This document shows positions 50,040 through 59,823 of a stretch of DNA of 64,000 nt, in pieces. Source of the stretch: Candidatus Tepidifontimicrobium thermophilum (GTDB taxonomy: Bacteria > Sysuimicrobiota > Sysuimicrobiia > Sysuimicrobiales > Sysuimicrobiaceae); NCBI GenBank assembly GCA_031459915.1, contig JAVKHO010000009.1, positions 1 through 64,000 of the forward strand, in the 5' to 3' direction. The position numbers and the translations under genes are program-made. The notes beneath the pieces were generated by a model. That model was not told where the DNA came from. It was given only the letters and a program-made list of their open reading frames with translations, and did no database searches. The stretch's first letter is position 1, and each line of letters starts with the position of its first letter.

Positions 50040-51131
50040 ATGGAGGGGAACGGCGTCAGCCGCAGACAGTTTCTCAAGCGGGGAGCGTCGTCCATGGCGG
50101 CCACCATCGCCGCGGCGGCGCTCGCGCGTATGGGGATCCACCCTCGAGAGGTACGGGCTCAGGAGCGGCGCCAGCCCAGGATCAAGTGGCGGATGCAGAC
50201 CTACGCGGGCACCACCCTGGGCCAGCACGTGATCAAGCCGTCCGTCGATGCCTTTAACCTCGCGGCCAACGGGGAGATGGTCATCGAGCTGTACTATGCA
50301 GACCAGCTGGTGCCTCAGGGCGAGCTCATCAAGGCCCTGCAGCGGGGCGTGCTGGACGCGGTGCAGACGGACGAGGACTCTGCCCAGTCCCCGGTGGACG
50401 TCTCGGTGTTCGGCGCGTACTTCCCCTTCGCCACCGAGTACTCCCTGGACGTGGCGACCCTGTTCCACTGGTACGGCCTGGACAAGATCTGGCGGGAGGC
50501 GTACGCGAAGGTCCCGAACGTCACCTGGCTCAGCGCGGGTTCCTGGGACCCGTGCAACTTCGCCACCACCAAGCCCATCCGTTCCCTCAAGGACCTGAGG
50601 GGGCTGCGGGTCTACATGTTCCCCACTGGAGGCCGGTTCATGCAGCGGTTCGGGGTGGTCCCGGTGTCCCTGCCCTACGCGGACGTACAGATGGCCATCC
50701 AGACCGGGGAGCTGGACGGCGTGGCGTGGAGCGGGATCACGGAGGTGTACACGGTGGGCTGGGCCGATGTGACCCGGTACTACCTCACGAACCCCATCTC
50801 GGGGGCGTGGATCGGTTCCTACCTGGTCAACACCCGCAGTTGGGAACGTCTGCCGCGCCACCTGCAGACCCTCTTCCGGCTGTGCATCGACTCCTCCCAC
50901 TACTACCGCCTGCACTGGTACTGGTGGGGGGAGGCCCACTATCGCGTGAAGGGCGGGAAGCTGAAGCTGACCTCCATCCCGGAGAAGGAGTGGGACACGG
51001 TGCGGAAGGAGGCGTACAAGTTCTGGGACGAGGTGGCCAAGCGCAGCCCGCGGACAGCCCAGGTGGTGAAGATCCTGCGCGAGTACGCGGAGGTCATGCG
51101 CAGAGCAGGCCCGCCCTACCGCTGCGGCTGA
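50040..51131 (+). CDS. Tat-exported TRAP substrate-binding protein, ethanolamine-binding type
   Basis: Tat motif SRRQFLK; WRMQT; WDP; GLRVY (conserved Arg replaced by Tyr); AWSGITE. Confidence 0.85.
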   Translation: MEGNGVSRRQFLKRGASSMAATIAAAALARMGIHPREVRAQERRQPRIKWRMQTYAGTTLGQHVIKPSVDAFNLAANGEMVIELYYADQLVPQGELIKALQRGVLDAVQTDEDSAQSPVDVSVFGAYFPFATEYSLDVATLFHWYGLDKIWREAYAKVPNVTWLSAGSWDPCNFATTKPIRSLKDLRGLRVYMFPTGGRFMQRFGVVPVSLPYADVQMAIQTGELDGVAWSGITEVYTVGWADVTRYYLTNPISGAWIGSYLVNTRSWERLPRHLQTLFRLCIDSSHYYRLHWYWWGEAHYRVKGGKLKLTSIPEKEWDTVRKEAYKFWDEVAKRSPRTAQVVKILREYAEVMRRAGPPYRCG

Positions 51132-51165
51132 CGAGTCCGCGCCGACTGCGGAGCCCTGCGGACAG

Positions 51166-51723
51166 ATGAGCCAGCTTCCCGTGGATCCCGTGGCCCCGTC
51201 GATCCGGCGGATGCCCCGACCCGTGGTGGTCTACGTACGGGGGGTGGAGCGCTTAGGCCGGGCCGTGGGGGCGTTGGCCATGGTCCTCACCTTCGTTCTA
51301 GCTGCCATCCTGCTGGAAGCGTCCGTGGCGCGGTTGGCCTTCGGGACCTCCCACATCTGGAGCGTGGAGCTGGCGCAGTTCACCATGTCCGCGTACTACC
51401 TCCTCGGCGGGGCGCTGTCCGAACAGGACGCGGTCCACGTGCGAATGGACCTCTTCTACAGCCGTCTCAGCCCCCGCGCCAAGCTGGTGATGGACTGCCT
51501 GACGACTCCCCTCGTCCTGGTGTACCTCGCCTTCCTTTTCTACGGTGGCATCCGCAGCAGTCTCTGGGCCATCGAGAACAACCAGGTGAACTACACGCCG
51601 TGGGCGCCCCCCATGGCGCCCATCAAGCTCATCATGACCGCAGGGATGGGGCTGATGCTCCTGCAGCAGCTGGCCATCTTCTTCAAGGACCTGGCGCGCC
51701 TGCTCGGGAGGGCGATGGAGTGA
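51166..51723 (+). CDS. dctQ: TRAP small permease
   Basis: WSVELAQ, HVRMDLFY; four TM segments. Confidence 0.9.
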   Translation: MSQLPVDPVAPSIRRMPRPVVVYVRGVERLGRAVGALAMVLTFVLAAILLEASVARLAFGTSHIWSVELAQFTMSAYYLLGGALSEQDAVHVRMDLFYSRLSPRAKLVMDCLTTPLVLVYLAFLFYGGIRSSLWAIENNQVNYTPWAPPMAPIKLIMTAGMGLMLLQQLAIFFKDLARLLGRAME

Positions 51724-53051
51724 GCCACAACGCCATCGCCCTCCTCATGTTCCTCTCCATGATGGCCCTGCTGGCCACCGGCCAGCGGATGTACGCGGTC
51801 ATCGGGTTCGTGGGCGTGGCGGCAGCGGTGGGGCTATGGGGTCCGGAGACCGCGGAGATGCCCTTCGACGCCGCCATCACCACCCTGAACTGGTACCCGC
51901 TGCTCACCCTGCCCATGTTCGTGTTCATGGGGTACATGTTCGCGGAGACGGGGATCGCCAACGACCTGTACTACATGTTCCACGTGTGGTCTGGTCCCCT
52001 CCGGGGCGGGCTGGCGGTGGGGACCATCCTGATGATGGTCCTGATCGCGGCCATCAACGGGCTCAGCGTGGCAGGGCTGGCGATCGGCGCCACCGTGGCC
52101 CTGCCGGAAATGCTCCGACGGGGCTACGACAAGGTCATGGTCACGGGAGTGATCCAGGCGGGGAGTACGCTGGGGATCATGATCCCGCCCAGCGTGGTCC
52201 TGGTGCTGTACGGGATGATCGCCCGCGTCCCCGTGGGGCAGCTGTGGTTCGCGGGGATCCTGCCCGGGCTGCTCCTGGGCGGACTGTTCATCCTGTACGT
52301 GCTGATCCGGTGCTGGCTGCAACCCGAGCTGGGGCCCCCCCTGCCGAAGGAAGAGCTGGAGAGGATCACGTGGGGAGAGAAGCTGCGGCTGCTGCGCGCG
52401 GGGATCATCCCCCTCGTGATCTTCGTTTCCATGACGGGGCTGTTCCTGGCTGGGGTGACCAGCCTCGTGGAGTCCTCGGCGGTGGGGATGCTGGCCACCA
52501 CCCTGGCTGCGGCGGTCCGGCGACGGCTCACCTGGCGGGCTCTGGTGGAGGCCACCCGCAAGACGCTCGGCGTGAGCTGCGTGTTCATGTGGATCATCCA
52601 GGCCGCGTTGCTGTTCTCCGCGGTGTTCGACGGACTCGGTGCCAGCCGGGCCCTGGAGGAGCTGTTCCTGGGGCAGTGGCACCTTTCGCCCTGGGCAGTG
52701 ATCGCCATGATGCAGGCTTCCTTCCTGTTCATGGGGACCTTCCTGGACGACACCGCCATGCTGGTCATCGTGGCCCCCCTGTACGTGCCCCTGGTGAAGA
52801 AGCTAGGGTTCGACCTCGTGTGGTACGGGGTGCTGTACACGATCACCTGCCAGGTCGCGTACATGACGCCGCCCTTCGGCTACAACCTGTTCCTCATGCG
52901 GGCCATGGCACCGCCGGAGATCACCCTGGCGGACATCTACCGGTCCATCACGCCCTTCGTACTGGTGATGATCCTGGGACTGGTGATCGTGATGGCGTTC
53001 CCGCAGATCGCGACCTGGCTGCCGGAGCTGTACTTCCGGCGTAGCGGATAG
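51720..53051 (+). CDS. dctM: TRAP large permease
   Basis: TLPMFVFMG, RRGYD, GIMIPPS, TPPFGYNLF; GTG overlaps the dctQ stop. Confidence 0.92.
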   Translation: MSHNAIALLMFLSMMALLATGQRMYAVIGFVGVAAAVGLWGPETAEMPFDAAITTLNWYPLLTLPMFVFMGYMFAETGIANDLYYMFHVWSGPLRGGLAVGTILMMVLIAAINGLSVAGLAIGATVALPEMLRRGYDKVMVTGVIQAGSTLGIMIPPSVVLVLYGMIARVPVGQLWFAGILPGLLLGGLFILYVLIRCWLQPELGPPLPKEELERITWGEKLRLLRAGIIPLVIFVSMTGLFLAGVTSLVESSAVGMLATTLAAAVRRRLTWRALVEATRKTLGVSCVFMWIIQAALLFSAVFDGLGASRALEELFLGQWHLSPWAVIAMMQASFLFMGTFLDDTAMLVIVAPLYVPLVKKLGFDLVWYGVLYTITCQVAYMTPPFGYNLFLMRAMAPPEITLADIYRSITPFVLVMILGLVIVMAFPQIATWLPELYFRRSG

Positions 53052-53073
53052 CGCGTGTGGAGGAGGTGAGCGG

Positions 53074-54468
53074 GTGGAGCGAGGGGAGCGGGCGATCCGG
53101 GGTCGGATCGAGCTGGAGGAGTTGCGCCAGCTGGTGGAGACAGGCCAAGTGGACACCGTCCTGACGGTTTTCCCGGACCTGTACGGCCGGCTGGTGGGCA
53201 AGCGGGTGAGCGGGCAGTTCTTCCTCGACCACGTAGCTCCGGACGGCCTGCACGCGTGCGACTACTTGCTGGCCTGCGACATGGAGATGGACCCCGTGCC
53301 GGGGTACGCGTTCACGAGCTGGGAGGCGGGCTACGGGGACGTGCGGCTGGTGCCGGACTTCCGGACCCTGCGGGTCGCCTCCTGGCTGGACGCGAGCGCG
53401 GTGGTCCTGTGTGACGTCTACGAGGAGGAGCGGGACGTGCTGGTGGAGGTGGCGCCCCGCACGGTCCTGCGCCGACAGGTGGATCGGGCCCGGGCCCTGG
53501 GGTACGTGGCCATGGGCGGCTCGGAGCTGGAGTTCTACATCCTGCGGGACTCCTACGAGGAGGCGGCCCGCAAGCGGTACGTGGGCCTGGAGCCCTTCGG
53601 CCGGTACATCGAGGACTACCACATCCTGCAGGGGACGAAGGAGGAATTCCTGGTAGGGGCCCTGCGCCGCCATCTGGAGCGGTCCGGAATCCCCGTGGAG
53701 TTCTCCAAGGGCGAGTGGGGCCCCGGGCAGCAGGAGATCAACCTGCGCTACGCGGACTTCCTGGAGACCGCGGACCGCCACACGTTGTTCAAGCACGCGG
53801 CCAAGGAGGTCGCCTGGCAGAACAACGTGGCGGTGACCTTCATGGCCAAGTGGGATGAGCGGTACGCCGGTTCCAGCATGCACCTGCACGCAAGCCTGTG
53901 GGACGCGGAAGGCCGGCCCTTGTTCCCCGGAGAGGAGGCCCTGGGCCCCCTGCACGTATCGCCCCTGTTCCGGTGGTTCCTCGGCGGGTGGATGGCGCAC
54001 CTGGCGGAGATCACCGCGTTCTACGCCCCCTACCCGGCCTCCTACAAGCGGTACGTGGCGGGATCCTTCGCGCCCACCCGGGTGGCGTGGAGCTACGACA
54101 ACCGTACCGCCGGCTTCCGGGTGGTGGGGCACGGACCCTCCCTGCGCATCGAGTGCCGGGTGCCGGGCGCCGATGCCAACCCGTACCTGGCATTCGCCGC
54201 CACGCTGGCCGCGGGTTTGGACGGGATTGAGAACCGCACCGAGCCGCCGCCCATGTTCGAGGGCGACGCGTACGCGGCCGCGGACCTGCCGGAGGTGCCA
54301 CGGTCCCTTCCGGAGGCGGTGAAGCGGCTGGAGAGCAGCTCGTGGGCCCGGCAGGTGTTCGGCGACGCGGTGGTGGACCACTACGCGCACTTCTTCCGCA
54401 CCGAGCAGCGCAAGTTCGACCAGGTGGTGACGGACTGGGAGCGGGCCCGGTACCTGGAGCGGGCGTGA
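53074..54468 (+). CDS. Glutamine synthetase-like gamma-glutamyl-amine ligase (GlnA4/PuuA-like)
   Basis: DLYGRLVGKR, SWEAGYGD, ELEF, GQQEIN, TFMAK, GSSMHLH, SFAPT, DNRT, RIECRVPGADANPY. Confidence 0.9.
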   Translation: MERGERAIRGRIELEELRQLVETGQVDTVLTVFPDLYGRLVGKRVSGQFFLDHVAPDGLHACDYLLACDMEMDPVPGYAFTSWEAGYGDVRLVPDFRTLRVASWLDASAVVLCDVYEEERDVLVEVAPRTVLRRQVDRARALGYVAMGGSELEFYILRDSYEEAARKRYVGLEPFGRYIEDYHILQGTKEEFLVGALRRHLERSGIPVEFSKGEWGPGQQEINLRYADFLETADRHTLFKHAAKEVAWQNNVAVTFMAKWDERYAGSSMHLHASLWDAEGRPLFPGEEALGPLHVSPLFRWFLGGWMAHLAEITAFYAPYPASYKRYVAGSFAPTRVAWSYDNRTAGFRVVGHGPSLRIECRVPGADANPYLAFAATLAAGLDGIENRTEPPPMFEGDAYAAADLPEVPRSLPEAVKRLESSSWARQVFGDAVVDHYAHFFRTEQRKFDQVVTDWERARYLERA

Positions 54469-55202
54469 GGGAGCGGGTGGAGGCGCCTAGGATCGGGATC
54501 ACCACGTACGGCCGCGACGAGCACGGACGGTTCTGCCTGCCCGCCGCGTACGTGGACGCAGTGCGGCGGGCGGGGGGCGTTCCACTCCTGCTGCCGCCCG
54601 GGGAAGCGCACCCCGAGCGGGTGCTGGAGGTGGTGGACGGCCTGATCCTTTCCGGTGGAGGCGACATCGACCCGGCCTGCTACGGCGGGCAGAGCCACCC
54701 GACCCTGTACCTGGTGGACCCCGAGCGGGACCGCTTCGAACTGCATCTCGCCCGGGCGGTGGTGGACCAGGACGTCCCAGTCCTGGGAATCTGCCGCGGG
54801 TCGCAGGTGCTCAACGTGGCGTGGGGCGGGGACCTGATCCCGCACCTGCCCGAGGGCGAGGACGCACCGGTCCGGCACCGGCTTCCCCCTCGAACCCCTA
54901 CGGACCACCCGGTGAGTGTGGACCCTGGCAGCCGCCTGGCCGGCATCCTCGGAGAACCCGAGCTGTCCGTGCGCTCGTGGCACCACCAGGCGGTGCAGCG
55001 CGTGGCGTCCGGCTGGCGTGCGGTGGCGTGGGCGCCGGACGGGACCGTGGAGGCGGTGGAGTGGCAACAGGATGCGTGGGCCGTGGGCGTGCAGTGGCAC
55101 CCGGAGCTTTCCATGGACAGTCCGGTGCACCGGAGGCTGTTTGAGGCGCTCGTCCAGGCCGCGGCGCAGCGCCGCCAGGCCCGGCAGAGAGCGGAGCGGT
55201 AG
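54465..55202 (+). CDS. Gamma-glutamyl hydrolase (peptidase C26, PuuD-like)
   Basis: LSGGGDIDP, LGICRG (Cys nucleophile), HHQAV, GVQWHPE. Confidence 0.92.
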   Translation: MRERVEAPRIGITTYGRDEHGRFCLPAAYVDAVRRAGGVPLLLPPGEAHPERVLEVVDGLILSGGGDIDPACYGGQSHPTLYLVDPERDRFELHLARAVVDQDVPVLGICRGSQVLNVAWGGDLIPHLPEGEDAPVRHRLPPRTPTDHPVSVDPGSRLAGILGEPELSVRSWHHQAVQRVASGWRAVAWAPDGTVEAVEWQQDAWAVGVQWHPELSMDSPVHRRLFEALVQAAAQRRQARQRAER

Positions 55203-55224
55203 ACGCAACCGGGAGGGAGTCGAC

Positions 55225-55998
55225 ATGCGGCTGCGGGACAAGGTGGCCCTGATCACCGGCGGGGGCAGCGGGATCGGCCGGGAGTCCGCGAAGCTGTTCG
55301 CCCGGGAGGGTGCGAGGGTGGTGGTGGTGGACATCAACGCGGAGGCGGGCGAGCGGACGGTGGCGGACATCCGCGCCGCGGGCGGGGAAGCCACCTTCTG
55401 CCGGGCGGACGTCACGCGGACGGAGGACGTGCAGGCCATGGTGGCCTGTGCGGAGGGTACCTACGGGCGGCTGGATGTTCTGTTCAACAACGCGGGGATC
55501 TTCCACCCGGAGGACGGGTCTGTGCTGGACACGGACGAACGGGTGTGGGACCTGGTGCTGGACGTGAACCTGAAGGGGGTGTTCCTGGGCTGCAAGTACG
55601 GGATCCCCGCCCTCCTGCGGGCGGGCGGGGGCTCGGTGATCAATACCGCCTCCTTCGTGGCCCTGATGGGGTCCGCGGTCTCCCAGGTGGCGTACACGGC
55701 CAGCAAGGGCGGGGTGTTGGCCCTGACCCGAGAGATCGCGGTGGAGTTCGCCCGGAAGAACATCCGGGCCAACGCCCTGTGCCCGGGGCCGGTGGAGACC
55801 CCGCTGCTGGCGGAGCTGCTATCGGACCCGGACCGGCGCCAGCGGCGGTTGGTCCACATCCCGGCGGGGCGCTTCGCCCGCGCGGAGGAGATCGCCCGGG
55901 CGGCGCTGTTCCTGGCTAGCGACGAGTCCTCCTACGTGAACGGCGCGGTGTTCGTGGTAGACGGCGGGATCACCGCGGCCTACCTGACCCCCGAGTGA
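55225..55998 (+). CDS. Short-chain dehydrogenase/reductase
   Basis: TGGGSGIG, FNNAG, TASFVA, YTASKGG, RRLVHIP. Confidence 0.92.
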   Translation: MRLRDKVALITGGGSGIGRESAKLFAREGARVVVVDINAEAGERTVADIRAAGGEATFCRADVTRTEDVQAMVACAEGTYGRLDVLFNNAGIFHPEDGSVLDTDERVWDLVLDVNLKGVFLGCKYGIPALLRAGGGSVINTASFVALMGSAVSQVAYTASKGGVLALTREIAVEFARKNIRANALCPGPVETPLLAELLSDPDRRQRRLVHIPAGRFARAEEIARAALFLASDESSYVNGAVFVVDGGITAAYLTPE

Positions 55999-56043
55999 GC
56001 GCGCGGGGGAGAGGAAGGAAACTTCGAAGGGGGGTGACTCAAC

Positions 56044-57054
56044 ATGAAGAAGGACCGAGGGCTGCGGCGGGTGGTGGTGTGGCTCGTTGCGGTGTGCGGG
56101 GTGCTGCTGGCGGGACTGGCAGCGCCCGCGGCGACACCGGTGGTGGTGTACTCCGCCCTGGAGAACGACGAGATCGCGGAGTACCTGAAGGTGGCCCGCC
56201 AGGACCTCCCGGACCTGGATATCCGGGTGCTGCGGCTGTCCACGGGAGAGCTGGCCGCGCGGGTGCTGGCGGAGAAGGGGAACCCGCAGGCGGACGTCCT
56301 GTGGGGGGTGGCAGCCACCGCTACGATCCCCCTCGTACGGGAGGGGATCCTGGAGCCCTACGCGCCCAAGGGCGCCTACAAGATCCTCCGACAGTTCCGC
56401 GACCCCAAAGGCTACTGGACGGGGATTGACCTGTACGTGGGGGCCATCGCGGTGAACACCGTGGAGCTGACGAAGCGGCGGCTACCGGTCCCCCGCACGT
56501 GGAACGACCTGCTGAACCCCCAGTACAAGGGCCTCGTCATCATGCCCAACCCCCTCACCTCGGGGACGGGGTTCCTGCACGTGGTGGCGGTGCTCACGAA
56601 GTTCGGGGAACAGCGGGGTTGGCAGTACCTGGCGGAGCTGGACAGGAACATCGCCCAGTACACCCGCAGCGGCGGAGCGCCAGCCCGGATGGCGGCGCAG
56701 GGGGAGATCCCCATCGCCTTGTCCTTCGATTTCGCCGTGCTCAGCTTCAAGCAGCAGGGCTTCCCCGTGGAGCTGGTCTGGCCGGACGGCACAGGCTACG
56801 AGCTGGAGGTGAACGCCCTCATCAAGGGGGCCAGGAGCCCCGACGCGGCGAAACGGTTCTTGGACTGGGCCATCAGCCTGAACGCCATGCGGGCGTACGC
56901 CAGGTGGAAGATGGGCGTCACCATGCCGGGGGTCACCGCGGGCCCGCACGTCCCCCAGCTGCACACCGTGCCGCTCCTGAAAGTGGACTTCCAGTGGGCG
57001 GCCGAGCACCGGCAGCGGATCCTGGACGAGTGGAAGCGCCGGTTCACCCGGTGA
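56044..57054 (+). CDS. ABC substrate-binding protein, PhnS2/AepX-like (putative 2-aminoethylphosphonate; Fe3+/thiamine superfamily)
   Basis: VYSALE, STGELAARVLAEKGNPQADVLWG, MPNPLTSGTGFL, NIAQYTRSG. Confidence 0.75.
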   Translation: MKKDRGLRRVVVWLVAVCGVLLAGLAAPAATPVVVYSALENDEIAEYLKVARQDLPDLDIRVLRLSTGELAARVLAEKGNPQADVLWGVAATATIPLVREGILEPYAPKGAYKILRQFRDPKGYWTGIDLYVGAIAVNTVELTKRRLPVPRTWNDLLNPQYKGLVIMPNPLTSGTGFLHVVAVLTKFGEQRGWQYLAELDRNIAQYTRSGGAPARMAAQGEIPIALSFDFAVLSFKQQGFPVELVWPDGTGYELEVNALIKGARSPDAAKRFLDWAISLNAMRAYARWKMGVTMPGVTAGPHVPQLHTVPLLKVDFQWAAEHRQRILDEWKRRFTR

Positions 57055-57097
57055 CGGAGGGGCGGTCCGCTGCAGGAGGGGTGAGGGAACCCGGGGG

Positions 57098-58162
57098 ATG
57101 GACGCGGAGCTCGTCCTAGACGGGCTGACCAAGCGGTTCGGCCCCGTGGCGGCGGTGGACGGCGTCAGCCTGGAGGTGGCCCCCGGGGAGTTCGTGTGCG
57201 TGCTGGGACCCAGCGGGTGCGGGAAGACGACCCTCCTGCGGCTGATCGCAGGGTTCGAGGCGCCCACCGCGGGGGCGATCTACTACCGGGGTGCACCCGT
57301 GCACCACCTGCCACCGCAGGAGCGGAACTTCGGGATCGTGTTCCAGTCCTACGCCTTGTTCCCCCACATGACCGTTTGGGACAACGTGGCCTTCGGCCTG
57401 CGGGTCCGCCGCCTTCCGGCAGTTACCGTGCGGGCCCGGGTCGCGGAGATGCTGGCCCTGGTAGGCCTGGAGCACGCCGCCCGCCTGTACCCGTCCCAGC
57501 TGAGCGGGGGGATGCAGCAGCGGGTGGCCCTGGCCCGGGCGTTGGCCGTCCAGCCCCGTGTGCTGCTGCTAGACGAGCCCCTCTCGGCCCTGGACGCGAA
57601 GATCCGAGTGCGGCTGCGGGCGGAGATCCGCCGGATCCAGCGGGAGCTGGGCGTGACGGTCCTCTACGTGACCCACGACCAAGAGGAAGCCCTGTCCATC
57701 GCGGACCGACTGGTGGTGATGTGGCAGGGGCGGGTACAGCAGGTAGGCCCTCCTCTGGAGGTGTACACGCGCCCGGCCACCCCCTTCGTGGCGGACTTCG
57801 TGGGCACCACCAACCTCCTGCGGGCGGAGGTGGGAGAGGACGGTGGGGTCCGCTGGGGGGACGTCCTCCTCGAGGTGGCGGGCCCGCTGTTACCCGCCGG
57901 CCCGGTCCTGCTGGCGGTCCGGCCGGAGCGGCTGCGGTTGGTGGACGGAGCTGCCGCTAGCCAGCGCAACTGCGTGACAGGCCGGGTGGAGGCCTGGACG
58001 TTCTTCGGGCCCTACGTGCGGTTGCACGTGAGCGCCAACGGCGAGCTGCTGGCGGTGGACGTGCCGCAGGAGGTCCTGGCGGACGCCGGGCTGCAGCGCC
58101 ACGCCCCGGTCACCGTGCACGTGCCGCGGGAAGCGGTCCTGGTGTTTCCCGCCCGCCCGTGA
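57098..58162 (+). CDS. ABC ATPase (PhnT2/FbpC-like)
   Basis: GPSGCGKTT, VFQSYALFP, LSGGMQQR, LLDEPLSALDAK. Confidence 0.9.
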   Translation: MDAELVLDGLTKRFGPVAAVDGVSLEVAPGEFVCVLGPSGCGKTTLLRLIAGFEAPTAGAIYYRGAPVHHLPPQERNFGIVFQSYALFPHMTVWDNVAFGLRVRRLPAVTVRARVAEMLALVGLEHAARLYPSQLSGGMQQRVALARALAVQPRVLLLDEPLSALDAKIRVRLRAEIRRIQRELGVTVLYVTHDQEEALSIADRLVVMWQGRVQQVGPPLEVYTRPATPFVADFVGTTNLLRAEVGEDGGVRWGDVLLEVAGPLLPAGPVLLAVRPERLRLVDGAAASQRNCVTGRVEAWTFFGPYVRLHVSANGELLAVDVPQEVLADAGLQRHAPVTVHVPREAVLVFPARP

Positions 58163-59823
58163 GCGCCCCGCCCGCTGCGCTTCAGGTCCCCGTCCCCCGC
58201 CGGTGGACGGCCCGGGACCTGTGGACGACCCGGGTCACCACGGGAGTCCTGCTGCTGGCCTTCGCGGTCTTCGTCCTGTACCCGCTGCTCGAGATCGTGG
58301 CCCGGTCTTTCTGGAAATCGGGTGCGTTCAGCTGGGAGCACTACGCGGAGTTCCTGCAGGAGCCCAAGCTGTTCCAGACCGTCTGGAACAGCCTGGTGGT
58401 CTCCAGCCTCTCGACGGTCCTGACCGTGGTCCTGGCCTTCGGCTATGCGTACGTGCTGACCCACACCCACCTGTGGGGACGGTCGTTTCTGTGGATGGTG
58501 GGGCTGCTCCCCCTCATCGCGCCGTCCTTCGTGCAGGCCCTGGGCCTCATTTTCCTGTTCGGCCGCAACGGGCTCGTGACCCGCACCCTGCTGGGGCTGG
58601 ACTGGAACGTGTACGGCGCCGTGGGGATCGTGCTGGGGGAAGTGTTCTACTGTTTCCCCCACGCCCTCCTGGTGCTGTACACGAGTCTGAGCGCCCTGGA
58701 CGCGTCCCTGTACGAGGCCGCGCAGAGCCTCGGCGCACGGGGCTGGAGGGTCTTCTGGTGGGTGACCGTCCCCACCGTGCGGTACGCGGTCGCCGCGGCG
58801 AGTTTCCTCGTGTTCAACCTGGTGGTGACGGACTTCGGGACGCCCGTGGTGGTGGGCGGCGACTACCGGGTGCTGGCCACGGAGATCTACACGCAGGTGT
58901 TCGGGCTGCAGCGGTTCAGCATGGCGGCAGTGGTCAGCGTGGCGTTGCTGGTCCCGGCCCTCGCCTCCTTCGGCCTGGACGGGTACTTCCGCCGGAAGGC
59001 AGCCGCCACCCTCACGGGGCAGAGCCGGCCCTACGCGTACTCCCCCCGCGGCTGGGGCAGACTCGCCGCGGGTGCGTTCGCCTGGGGTTGGGCGGCGTTC
59101 GTCCTGCTCGTGTACGGGACGCTGGCGGCGGCCTCGCTGGTCCGGGTGTGGGGGTACGACTGGACCCTCACCCTCGCCCACTACCGGTTGGACGCGGTGG
59201 GCGTGCGGGAGGTCCTGCTCCGGGGACTCCAGCTGTCCGGGCTGGCGGCGCTCTGTGGCGCCCTGCTGAGCGTGGTGGTGGCGTACGTGGTGCACCGGCT
59301 GCGGCCACCGGGCGCCCGTCTGCTGTACGCCCTGGCGGTACTGCCCGCCGCGGTCCCGGGGACGGTGGTGGGATTGGGCTACCTGTTTGCTTTTAACAAG
59401 CCGCCCCTGGTGCTGGTGGGGACCGCGGGGATCATCGTACTCTCGTACGTATTCCGGTTTGTGACCCTGGGGACCCTGGCGGCCAGCGCCGCCCTGCAGC
59501 AGGTGGACCGGTCGGTGGAGGAGGCGGCCCAGAGCCTGGGTGCCAGTGCGGTGCGCACCTTCGTACAGGTGGTGTTCCCCCTGCTCCGGGTTGCCTTCTT
59601 CTCGTCCGCGGTGTACATCTTCGTGCGAAGCATGGTGACCCTGAGCGCGGTGATCTTCCTCATCGCCCCGGGGCTGGAGCTCCCGGCCACCGCGGTCCTC
59701 ACGCTGACCACGGACGGGAAACTGAGTGGGGCGGCGGCTCTGTCTACCCTGCTGGTGGCGGTGATCGGGCTGGTGGTCGCCGTCGCCCGCGTGGTGCTCC
59801 GCGTGCCCGTGGTGTTCCGTTGA
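58159..59823 (+). CDS. ABC permease, fused double module (PhnU2/FbpB-like)
   Basis: LIFLFGRNG, FPHALL, TDFG, LATEIY, VPGTVVGLGY; two EAA motifs. Confidence 0.88.
   Translation: MSAPPAALQVPVPRRWTARDLWTTRVTTGVLLLAFAVFVLYPLLEIVARSFWKSGAFSWEHYAEFLQEPKLFQTVWNSLVVSSLSTVLTVVLAFGYAYVLTHTHLWGRSFLWMVGLLPLIAPSFVQALGLIFLFGRNGLVTRTLLGLDWNVYGAVGIVLGEVFYCFPHALLVLYTSLSALDASLYEAAQSLGARGWRVFWWVTVPTVRYAVAAASFLVFNLVVTDFGTPVVVGGDYRVLATEIYTQVFGLQRFSMAAVVSVALLVPALASFGLDGYFRRKAAATLTGQSRPYAYSPRGWGRLAAGAFAWGWAAFVLLVYGTLAAASLVRVWGYDWTLTLAHYRLDAVGVREVLLRGLQLSGLAALCGALLSVVVAYVVHRLRPPGARLLYALAVLPAAVPGTVVGLGYLFAFNKPPLVLVGTAGIIVLSYVFRFVTLGTLAASAALQQVDRSVEEAAQSLGASAVRTFVQVVFPLLRVAFFSSAVYIFVRSMVTLSAVIFLIAPGLELPATAVLTLTTDGKLSGAAALSTLLVAVIGLVVAVARVVLRVPVVFR

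Noticed and set aside
53074..54468. Genuine glutamine synthetase glnA
   Set aside because: Sequence and operon context (C26 hydrolase, ALDH, SDR) indicate a gamma-glutamyl-amine ligase
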